Shown here: positions 1 to 5,439 of the stretch, piece by piece
Layout of the letters: the number at the start of each line of letters is the position of its first letter
How positions within the stretch are numbered: the stretch's first letter is position 1
Assembly (NCBI GenBank): GCA_043799475.1
Contig: JAZDNR010000014.1
Location: 1-39,378, forward strand
Length of the DNA stretch: 39,378 nt
Origin: Parcubacteria group bacterium
Lineage (GTDB): Bacteria; Patescibacteriota; JAUYIX01
Direction: 5' to 3'
Notes under the pieces: generated by a model
Databases searched by the model: none
What the model saw: only the letters and a program-made list of their open reading frames with translations
Told to the model about the DNA's origin: nothing
Program-made: the position numbers and the translations under genes

Positions 1-23
1 AGAGTGCCCGAGTCAAGCTCGGG
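1..23 (-). repeat. Repeat module R0 (truncated by window edge)
   Basis: + sense: box remnant AGAGTG, then hairpin CCCGAG-tcaag-CTCGGG (7-23), followed by CCGAAAC. Confidence 0.5.
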
Positions 24-63
24 CCGAAACTTGAATGAAATTTGCATGGCATTACAACACTGA

Positions 64-108
64 ACTTCAAGCTCTTGCGAGCGGCCCGAACGCCCCGGGC
101 GGTCGGGC
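64..108 (-). repeat. Repeat module R1
   Basis: + sense: box ACTTCAAGCTCTTGCGAGCG (64-83; small hairpin GCTC-ttgc-GAGC), then hairpin GCCCGAACGCC-ccg-GGCGGTCGGGC (84-108), then TCAGAAC. Confidence 0.7.
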
Positions 109-153
109 TCAGAACTCAGATGCAGGACACATCGCCACAGCAAACGGTGCTTG

Positions 154-194
154 AGTGTAAGCCTTGTGGGCGCCCGACCGTAATGACGGTCAGG
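154..194 (-). repeat. Repeat module R2
   Basis: + sense: box AGTGTAAGCCTTGTGGGCG (154-172; GCCT-tgt-GGGC, a paired change relative to GCTC/GAGC), then CCCGACCGT-aatg-ACGGTCAGG (173-194), then CCGTTAC. Confidence 0.7.
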
Positions 195-264
195 CCGTTA
201 CAATGCACAAATCGACCTTATCGAAGTCAGCTGCGCTTGACTACAGGTTCGTAAAGAACCGCAG

Positions 265-292
265 AGGTTAGCAGCTCCGTTGGATTTGTCAA
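265..292 (-). promoter_or_regulatory. Sigma70-like promoter of TU1
   Basis: Minus strand: TTGACA (292-287), 16-nt spacer, TAACCT (270-265), followed by ctGCGGTTCTTT. The -35 directly abuts the T-tract of terminator 294-327. Confidence 0.6.
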
Positions 293-293
293 T

Positions 294-327
294 AAAAAAG
301 CCCGAACACCTTGAGAGATGTTCGGGC
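294..327 (-). terminator. Intrinsic terminator of TU2
   Basis: Minus strand: hairpin GCCCGAACA..TGTTCGGGC (300-327) followed by T6 (294-299). It differs by 1 nt from the terminator at 2101-2135. Confidence 0.75.
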
Positions 328-371
328 CTGGGCCATAGCCTACCTGAGGCCACCTTACTTGACCCTACCCT

Positions 372-422
372 AGTGCAATCTCAAGTTCTCACTTGAGCGC
401 CCGGTCGGGTTGTCCGGCCGGG
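372..422 (-). repeat. Repeat module R3
   Basis: + sense: box AGTGCAATCTCAAGTTCTCACTTGAGCG (372-399; CTCAAG-ttctca-CTTGAG), then CCCGGTCGG-gttgt-CCGGCCGGG (400-422), then CCGATAG. Confidence 0.65.
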
Positions 423-467
423 CCGATAGCATAGTGTACGCCACCCCACACAAGTCTGCGTGACTTC

Positions 468-509
468 AGTTCATACTCTTATGAGCGGGCCGAACACAAG
501 TGCTCGGCC
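468..509 (-). repeat. Repeat module R4
   Basis: + sense: box AGTTCATACTCTTATGAGCG (468-487; TCATA-ctct-TATGA), then GGCCGA..TCGGCC hairpin (488-509), then CCGAAAT. Confidence 0.65.
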
Positions 510-554
510 CCGAAATCTAGGTTTGCCGTAATCAAGAGGGCCTGGCGAAACTCA

Positions 555-591
555 AGTGCATTCTCTTGCGAGCGCCCGAGCATAGCTCGGG
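555..591 (-). repeat. Repeat module R5
   Basis: + sense: box AGTGCATTCTCTTGCGAGCG (555-574), then CCCGAGC-ata-GCTCGGG (575-591), then CAGATAC. Confidence 0.65.
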
Positions 592-636
592 CAGATACCT
601 TAGTGGAGTGTAACTCACGCCACTCAACCCCAGCGT

Positions 637-683
637 AGTGCATACCCTTTTGAGCGCCGAGCGCAGCCATGGCGGCCGGCCGG
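637..683 (-). repeat. Repeat module R6 (second hairpin degenerate)
   Basis: + sense: box AGTGCATACCCTTTTGAGCG (637-656), followed by a GC-rich palindromic run (657-683) instead of a clean hairpin. Confidence 0.45.
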
Positions 684-749
684 AAATATGCCCGAGCCGA
701 CACAAACATGCCGAGCACTACCTGACCAAATGTTCTTAAGGAACTCGGA

Positions 750-778
750 AGCATAAACGGCATTACCGCGCCTGTCAA
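750..778 (-). promoter_or_regulatory. Sigma70-like promoter of TU2
   Basis: Minus strand: TTGACA (778-773), 17-nt spacer, TATGCT (755-750), then tCCGAGTTCCTT. Confidence 0.6.
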
Positions 779-783
779 TAAAA

Positions 784-2099
784 TGTCCTGTAAAAGCTAG
801 ATTGTCAGGGCTCGGTAAAAGCAAGAATGTCAGGGTGTTATTAATCCTTAAATCTCACCCATGGCAACTAAGCAAACACAAAAACCGGACTACCTCTATA
901 GAGAAGAGGTAATCCGTCTCTGGCAGCGCAAACAGATCCCAATGCAGCGAGCACAAGAGTTACTGGATTGTAGCGAGCGCCATGTCTATCGGCTACAAGA
1001 CATGCTCGAGCAGCGCGGCACGTTGCGCTACCAATCACATCCTGCCTGGAACCGTACTCCGGCAGACTTGGAAGAAATCGTCTGTCGTAAAATTCGTGAG
1101 AATCCAGTCCGTAAAAACCAACACATAGCTGACCTGCTCGCAGAAGATGGTTTTGCGACTAACCGTGCCACGGTCCGTAATATCCGGATCCGCAATCATC
1201 TTAGGCAGGACCAGATCACACGGACAGCCTATGAGCGCTTTGAGCGTGAGCGAGTTGGTGAGTTGATCATGCAAGACACCTCTACCCATCACTGGGTAGC
1301 GGAATTACCAAAGCTCAAGCTCATCGCAAACCTGGATGATCACTCCCGGCTCATTCCCTTTGCACGCTTCTTTTGGCATGACGGCACGTGGCAGAATATG
1401 CTCGCGATCCGCTCAGTACTCGAGCGGTATGGCTTATTTGAGACCTTTTTTGTCGATCGGGCAGGACATTTCTCCGGACAAGATCGGTTGCTTATGGCCT
1501 CCTCGCGTATCACTCGAGGCGAAGATGAGCGCGTCCAAATTCCGCGAGCGCTCGCCGAGGCGCAGGTTACCTTATCTAAGGCGACTGCCTATCATCCTGA
1601 GTCTAAGGGCAAGATCGAGCGCTGGTTTGGGTTTGCACAAGGTCGCTTGCCCCACGATCTGCATGCGAGCACTCTTGCGGCTGCCAATACCCAACTAGCC
1701 GCCTGGGTCAGGTGGTACAACACGAAGCATATTAATGCTGAGACGAAGCAAATTCCCCTGGTACGCTTCCGTCAGGCGATGCGTGAGGGACGTAGTGCTT
1801 TTGCTCCGCTTAAACCACGCTTACCACTCGACGATATCTTCGCCTTTAGGGCAGAGCGCTTGGTCCGTAAAGACAACACCTTCTCCTATGGTGGCAAGAC
1901 GTACCACTTACAGCACGTGGGCGGTGAGCTAATGTATAAAACCTGCGAGCTACGCATCCGGCCAACTGCAATCCGCGTGTGGTACCGTGGCAATTACATT
2001 ACGTCCGTCCCATTCCAAGGACCCTTTGACCGCCCGATCGACTAACACTACTGACATCAAGCTTTTACAAAAGACTGACATTCTAGCGTTTACGTAACA
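784..2099 (+). mobile_element. IS481-family insertion sequence (about 1.3 kb)
   Basis: Terminal inverted repeats: TGTCCTGTAAAAGCTAGATTGTCAG (784-808) against the reverse complement of 2075-2099, TGTTACGTAAACGCTAGAATGTCAG (20/25 identical). A second subterminal copy lies at each end (814-833; 2051-2069). Direct repeat TAAAA flanks both sides (779-783, 2100-2104). There is a single DDE transposase ORF. Confidence 0.8.
861..2045 (+). CDS. IS481-family DDE transposase (N-terminal HTH plus rve integrase core)
   Basis: 394-aa ORF. rve-like catalytic region: DTSTHHW ... FFVDRAGHF ... HPESKGKIERWF. The N-terminal region is HTH-like. It is enclosed by the inverted repeats. Confidence 0.85.
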   Translation: MATKQTQKPDYLYREEVIRLWQRKQIPMQRAQELLDCSERHVYRLQDMLEQRGTLRYQSHPAWNRTPADLEEIVCRKIRENPVRKNQHIADLLAEDGFATNRATVRNIRIRNHLRQDQITRTAYERFERERVGELIMQDTSTHHWVAELPKLKLIANLDDHSRLIPFARFFWHDGTWQNMLAIRSVLERYGLFETFFVDRAGHFSGQDRLLMASSRITRGEDERVQIPRALAEAQVTLSKATAYHPESKGKIERWFGFAQGRLPHDLHASTLAAANTQLAAWVRWYNTKHINAETKQIPLVRFRQAMREGRSAFAPLKPRLPLDDIFAFRAERLVRKDNTFSYGGKTYHLQHVGGELMYKTCELRIRPTAIRVWYRGNYITSVPFQGPFDRPID

Positions 2100-2100
2100 T

Positions 2101-2135
2101 AAAAAAAGCCCGAACACCATGAGAGATGTTCGGGC
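2101..2135 (-). terminator. Intrinsic terminator of the helicase gene
   Basis: Minus strand: hairpin GCCCGAACA..TGTTCGGGC (2108-2135) followed by T7 (2101-2107), 76 nt downstream of the stop codon. Confidence 0.75.
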
Positions 2136-2210
2136 GAGCACTGGACCTGACGCGGTTGTGCAGCACGCTACGTCAGCGCGCTATGGTACGCAGTACCGCA
2201 ATCTCAAAAC

Positions 2211-4058
2211 CTACTTGGCCTTGAGCATCTTGATCGTCTCGGTCACCGCCTCGTCCATGCTCCGCAGAGGGAACATATACGAAGGCTTGAGCCACTCCGG
2301 CAACGCGCCGAGGAGGAACCGATGAAACACGCGGCTCACGAAGATCGTGACGCCCAGGTCCTCGCCCGATCGGATGTTCCGACCGCGGACCTGCAACGCC
2401 TCGTTCATCGCGCGCCACTGCCAACGAGCCCAGGCGCCGTTCTTGCTAAAGCGTCGCACCTCAAACTGCGCCTCGGGTGAGTCCAACGGCGGATAGCCCG
2501 GCCGCAGAAAGAAGATGCATGGCGCGATCTGTCGCGGCAAGTCGACTCCCTGTCCGTACTGCGCCGAGGTCCCGATGAGTACAGTTCCGAAGCCGCTCTT
2601 GAATTGTTCCGCCACCTGTCGTGCCGGCACACCCTCTCCGAGTGCACCGTAAGTGATGGCATCCAGCTCAATGTCCCGGGCGGCGTGTTCCATAAAGAAC
2701 TTGCGCTCCGTCTCAGACTGAACCACGACGAGCGACCGGTTGCCGGCCTCTCCCATCTCCTTGGCTGCCTTGGCGATCATGCGCAGTGCCTTGTGCACCG
2801 CCCACTTTCGTTTGTCGGGCAGCTTGTCGGAGGTGTTGGGTCCGTCGCGCAACAAGTAGACCCGGGTGTTCTCCGACGGAAATGGCGAGCCCAACTGGAC
2901 AAAATGTCCCTTGAGTCCCGTCTCGTAGCCGAGAATTGCCGGATCGCCGACCGTCGCCGAGTAGGCGATGAACTTCTTGCCCACTGCCTTCTTGATGAGC
3001 GGAGCCACGTAGTATGGCTTGATCACCAGGAAGTAGCGCGCCTTCTTCTTGGTCCCCTTGAATCCTACGTCGTTCTTCTGGAAGTAACTACACACGACGT
3101 AGTTGAGCGGGTTGTAGATCTCATTCTCCAAAGAGAACTCGAGGGACTTGATCATCCGCGGAATGCCGCGGGTCAAGTTCTCGAGGGTCTTGATGGTCTC
3201 ACGGTCGCCCACTGGATCGAGCTTGCCTGACGCGATCGCGGAGCGTACATGCCCTTCGATCTTGTCAGCGTCAAACTTGGCCAGCATCGCGATCATGATC
3301 TCCACCTCTGTGTCTTGCACCAGTGCTGGTTTGGACGACGGATGTCTACGACAGATCTGGACCAGTAGCCGGCGGAACTCATTGAGGAGCTTGGCCTGCT
3401 TGCGGTCGAACTGACGCAGGACGTAGGCGCACTTGGTAAGATGGAAGTCTGTGACGGTGTACTCGAAGATGCGCCGTGCGATCGACGCCAGCTGATGCAC
3501 TTCGTCCACTACTACGAGGGAGGGGTCAAGAGCACGCCAGCGGTGATCGAACGTCCTGTTCATCAAGAAGAACGCTGTGGTACAACCGATGATGGCCTTG
3601 GCCGCCTCCGCCTCCCTACGTAAACGAAACTTGTTCCAGAGGTAGGCGCAGGGAGTTACGCCCGGCTCCTGAGTCATGCCAGTTTCCTGGTCCACACGGT
3701 GCGGGCAGTCGAGCGAATAGCAGGGAGACTCCTGGGCGTCGATGTTGGGGACACCCCGATCCTCATAGTAGAGGCAGGGGTTATCGGACCGCCCAGTGAG
3801 CGGCTCGAGTTGCGGGTGCATGGCGACGAGCTGGCCGACCAACTGCTTGGTGGGAGTCGTATAGAAGTTGGGACCAAGACTGTTGGCTTGGCAGGCGAGC
3901 AGGCCGGTCACGCCGGCAACGGTTTTGCCGGTGCCCGGTGGGCCCTCGAGGATGACTGAGTTGTACTGGCTGAACGGATCGATCATCTGATTCTGTTGCG
4001 GACGCTTTTCGGCAAACGGAAAACTCACCTCGAGCGTCTTTTTGTCCGAGATAGCCAT
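2211..4058 (-). CDS. XPD/Rad3/DinG-family SF2 helicase with a four-cysteine putative 4Fe-4S insert
   Basis: 615 aa. Walker A GPPGTGKT, motif II VVDEVH, SAT, GTSAQYGQGVDLP and QVRGRNIRSGEDLG. Four Cys lie between motifs I and II (NPC..SPCYSLDC..TPC). RBS AAAGGAG is 4 nt before the ATG. Confidence 0.85.
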   Translation of the reverse strand: MAISDKKTLEVSFPFAEKRPQQNQMIDPFSQYNSVILEGPPGTGKTVAGVTGLLACQANSLGPNFYTTPTKQLVGQLVAMHPQLEPLTGRSDNPCLYYEDRGVPNIDAQESPCYSLDCPHRVDQETGMTQEPGVTPCAYLWNKFRLRREAEAAKAIIGCTTAFFLMNRTFDHRWRALDPSLVVVDEVHQLASIARRIFEYTVTDFHLTKCAYVLRQFDRKQAKLLNEFRRLLVQICRRHPSSKPALVQDTEVEIMIAMLAKFDADKIEGHVRSAIASGKLDPVGDRETIKTLENLTRGIPRMIKSLEFSLENEIYNPLNYVVCSYFQKNDVGFKGTKKKARYFLVIKPYYVAPLIKKAVGKKFIAYSATVGDPAILGYETGLKGHFVQLGSPFPSENTRVYLLRDGPNTSDKLPDKRKWAVHKALRMIAKAAKEMGEAGNRSLVVVQSETERKFFMEHAARDIELDAITYGALGEGVPARQVAEQFKSGFGTVLIGTSAQYGQGVDLPRQIAPCIFFLRPGYPPLDSPEAQFEVRRFSKNGAWARWQWRAMNEALQVRGRNIRSGEDLGVTIFVSRVFHRFLLGALPEWLKPSYMFPLRSMDEAVTETIKMLKAK

Positions 4059-4150
4059 GGTTCTCCTTTCTTGGCTGTGGTTTGCAGCCTAGGTTCAGAT
4101 TGACAACGAGCGCGTCTTGAGCGGATTTCAAGTCGTTTCAAGAACCGCGC

Positions 4151-4179
4151 AGCCTAGTCGAAGTGTGCAATTTTGTCAA
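4151..4179 (-). promoter_or_regulatory. Sigma70-like promoter of the helicase gene
   Basis: Minus strand: TTGACA (4179-4174), 17-nt spacer, TAGGCT (4156-4151), then gcGCGGTTCTTG. The predicted 5' UTR is about 86 nt. Confidence 0.65.
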
Positions 4180-4182
4180 TAT

Positions 4183-4212
4183 AAAAAGGGGAGCAGATGT
4201 TCTCTGTTCCCC
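4183..4212 (-). terminator. Intrinsic terminator of TU3
   Basis: Minus strand: hairpin GGGGAACAGA..TCTGCTCCCC (4188-4212) followed by TTTTT, then directly ATATTGACA (the next -35). Confidence 0.65.
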
Positions 4213-4256
4213 CGGTACTGCGTCCTAACGTATTCGACTGTGAGATGGCGTGCTAA

Positions 4257-4299
4257 ACCTTAAGCTCTTACGAGCATGGAGAACGATTACTCGTTCTCC
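4257..4299 (-). repeat. Repeat module R7
   Basis: + sense: box ACCTTAAGCTCTTACGAGCA (4257-4276; GCTC-ttac-GAGC), then GGAGAACGA-ttac-TCGTTCTCC (4278-4299), then CCTGGGC. Confidence 0.7.
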
Positions 4300-4359
4300 C
4301 CTGGGCTGTACTCGAGTTGAATGCGCCTTAGAAAACTCTGCGACAACTCGCTTAACTTT

Positions 4360-4406
4360 ACTGCAAGCTCTTGTGGAGCGGGAGGCGCCACGACCGAGAC
4401 GCCTCC
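4360..4406 (-). repeat. Repeat module R8
   Basis: + sense: box ACTGCAAGCTCTTGTGGAGCG (4360-4380; GCTC-ttgtg-GAGC), then GGAGGCG-12 nt loop-CGCCTCC (4381-4406). Confidence 0.7.
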
Positions 4407-4461
4407 TCGCGACATTAAAGAACTTGAGAATACGACGTCTGACCCAACTTATGAGAACCGA

Positions 4462-4502
4462 AGTTCAAGCTCCATTGAGAGCGCGGGGGCAACGAACCCC
4501 CG
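4462..4502 (-). repeat. Repeat module R9
   Basis: + sense: box AGTTCAAGCTCCATTGAGAGCG (4462-4483; GCTC-cattga-GAGC), then CGGGGG-caacgaa-CCCCCG (4484-4502). Confidence 0.7.
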
Positions 4503-4577
4503 CAGGTCAACTCTGCGTGGGTTCGCGCTGCGGCGAAATGCTGCTGTACACCCTGGTACATGTCTAAAGGACCAAAT

Positions 4578-4605
4578 AAGATAGCATCTATCGCATTAAA
4601 GTCAA
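4578..4605 (-). promoter_or_regulatory. Sigma70-like promoter of TU3
   Basis: Minus strand: TTGACT (4605-4600, overlapping the T-tract of the upstream terminator), 16-nt spacer, TATCTT (4583-4578), then atTTGGTCCTTT. Confidence 0.5.
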
Positions 4606-4635
4606 AAAAGAGAGGAGCAGAACGACATCTGCTCC
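4604..4635 (-). terminator. Intrinsic terminator of TU4b
   Basis: Minus strand: hairpin GGAGCAGA-tgtcgt-TCTGCTCC (4614-4635), then TCTC and T6 (4604-4609). Confidence 0.65.
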
Positions 4636-4791
4636 CCGAGTACTGCGCGACACGACTGCACAGCTTTGTACGCCCTGCCCCAGTGCAAGCTCTTATGGAG
4701 CGGGAGAACAAATTTGTTCTCCCCGTTACTCGGACTTGCAAAACGGCGCCTTACGCGAAAGCACCGTGCCTAAGAACATGTCCACGAGGGA
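4636..4791 (-). ncRNA. Non-coding unit TU4b (single module R10)
   Basis: Promoter 4798-4825. About 69 nt of leader, then module R10, a 46-nt unique segment and terminator 4604-4635. Confidence 0.5.
4682..4722 (-). repeat. Repeat module R10
   Basis: + sense: box AGTGCAAGCTCTTATGGAGCG (4682-4702; GCTC-ttatg-GAGC), then GGAGAACA-aatt-TGTTCTCC (4703-4722), then CCGTTAC. Confidence 0.7.
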
Positions 4792-4797
4792 CCAGAG

Positions 4798-4825
4798 AGA
4801 CTAGCACACCATCAAAAAAGTTCAA
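4798..4825 (-). promoter_or_regulatory. Weaker member of the same promoter family (TU4b)
   Basis: Minus strand: TTGAAC (4825-4820), 16-nt spacer, TAGTCT (4803-4798), then ctCTGGTCCCTC. Confidence 0.4.
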
Positions 4826-4826
4826 G

Positions 4827-4971
4827 ATAAAAGTGCGGGAGCAAATAGATCTCTGCCCCCGCCCACACCCGACCGTAGTGGCCCGCAAATTACCGAAGCC
4901 TTCTGTGGCCCACCCCGGTGAACGACACCCCACCTCATATCCCACAAGGGACTTTTACATCCATTGGCGAA
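4827..4971 (-). ncRNA. Non-coding unit TU4a (one degenerate module, weak terminator)
   Basis: Promoter 4978-5006. A hairpin at 4837-4860 is followed on the minus strand by GCACTTTTATCTT. No RBS-preceded ORF. Confidence 0.35.
4891..4920 (-). repeat. Possible degenerate 15th repeat module
   Basis: + sense: TACCGAAGCCTTCTGTGGC resembles the R2 box GTGTAAGCCTTGTGGGCG (GCC-ttctgt-GGC). It is followed only by a weak CACC/GGTG pairing. Confidence 0.25.
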
Positions 4972-4977
4972 CCGTGC

Positions 4978-5006
4978 AGGCTAATGTACGTTGGTCGATC
5001 GGTCAA
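4978..5006 (-). promoter_or_regulatory. Sigma70-like promoter of TU4a
   Basis: Minus strand: TTGACC (5006-5001), 17-nt spacer, TAGCCT (4983-4978), then gCACGGTTCGCC. The -35 abuts the T-tract of terminator 5008-5042. Confidence 0.6.
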
Positions 5007-5007
5007 T

Positions 5008-5042
5008 AAAAAAGGCGGTTCTCATTGCAAATGAGAACCGCC
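5008..5042 (-). terminator. Intrinsic terminator of TU5
   Basis: Minus strand: 13-bp hairpin GGCGGTTCTCATT-tgc-AATGAGAACCGCC (5014-5042) followed by T6 (5008-5013). Confidence 0.8.
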
Positions 5043-5325
5043 GCTGCCTGGCCCTACGCTAGAGGACACCACTGAACCTCTGACTACCCCACTGTAGTAC
5101 AAACCCATTACGGCGGGCGGTCCTAAGGTGAGACCGCCCTCGTCACCTTAGCGGGCAGGACTCAACGCAACGTCAGTTCAAGACCTTACGGTCGCGGGCA
5201 GTCCCGGATGAACCACCCGCCGGCACTGTATTTGACTCAGAACCGCCAAACGGAACTTGACTGTAAGCTTTTGCGAGCGAGCCCCCATTGAGAGGGCTCC
5301 GACACCACAGTTTGATTAGGAACAG
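5043..5325 (-). ncRNA. Longer non-coding unit TU5 (module R11 near the 5' end plus about 217 nt of structured RNA)
   Basis: Lies between the terminator of the 235-aa gene (5366-5397) and terminator 5008-5042. The 5' end is uncertain because no good promoter was found. It contains mutually complementary segments at 5115-5151. Confidence 0.4.
5260..5299 (-). repeat. Repeat module R11
   Basis: + sense: box ACTGTAAGCTTTTGCGAGCG (5260-5279; GCTT-ttgc-GAGC with a T-G pair), then GAGCCC-9 nt loop-GGGCTC (5279-5299). Confidence 0.65.
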
Positions 5326-5365
5326 TGAAACTAACCGGACACAACCTCAGACCTTTTGGGCAAAG

Positions 5366-5397
5366 AAAAAGGGGCAGTCTCAGAATGAGCCTGCCCC
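5366..5397 (-). terminator. Intrinsic terminator of the 235-aa protein gene
   Basis: Minus strand: hairpin GGGGCAG..CTGCCCC (5371-5397) followed by TTTTTCTTTG, 43 nt after the stop codon. Confidence 0.7.
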
Positions 5398-5439
5398 CGA
5401 CGAACGATCAGACGTGACGAAGATGAGATGACGAGATGG

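Larger units (their letters stand above)
1..258 (-). ncRNA. Non-coding mini-array unit TU1 with modules R2, R1 and R0. The predicted TSS is near 258 and the 3' part runs off the left window edge.
   Basis: Minus-strand promoter at 265-292. No credible ORF. Three two-hairpin modules are separated by unique 45-nt and 40-nt segments. Confidence 0.5.
328..743 (-). ncRNA. Non-coding mini-array unit TU2 (modules R6, R5, R4, R3)
   Basis: Bounded by promoter 750-778 and terminator 294-327. Four modules are present. Inter-module segments are 45, 45 and 45 nt, and the terminal segment is 44 nt. ORFs here start upstream of the predicted TSS or lack an RBS. Confidence 0.6.
4213..4571 (-). ncRNA. Non-coding mini-array unit TU3 (modules R9, R8, R7)
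   Basis: Bounded by promoter 4578-4605 and terminator 4183-4212. Inter-module segments are 55 and 60 nt and the terminal segment is 44 nt. Overlapping ORFs on both strands lack RBS and cross the hairpins. Confidence 0.55.

Noticed and set aside
64-194. tRNA-like genes (GCTC-loop-GAGC resembles a D-arm) or self-cleaving ribozymes (hammerhead, twister)
   Set aside because: There is no acceptor stem, anticodon arm or T-arm (GTTCRANYC). The second hairpin has 3-12 nt loops of variable length. No CUGANGA...GAAA hammerhead core or other ribozyme core that I can recognise is present.
64-683. Integron attC sites or REP/BIME elements as an explanation for the structured repeats
   Set aside because: There is no IntI-type tyrosine recombinase or RAYT transposase in the window. 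The units are too short to be gene cassettes. GTTRRRY/RYYYAAC core sites are not present (GTTTCGG and similar do not fit). All copies share one orientation, with fixed spacing.
479-824. ORFs 479-778 and 624-824 (minus) inside TU2
   Set aside because: Their starts lie upstream of or across the predicted promoter/TSS (750-778 / ~743). They have no RBS. They run through the repeat modules, which are not kept in frame between copies.
4250-5009. ORFs 4250-4567, 4321-4584 and 4560-5009 (plus) and 4415-4741 and 4751-4945 (minus) in the array region
   Set aside because: They have no RBS, cross intrinsic terminators and hairpins, have Arg/Pro-rich junk-like composition, and the repeated modules fall in different frames.
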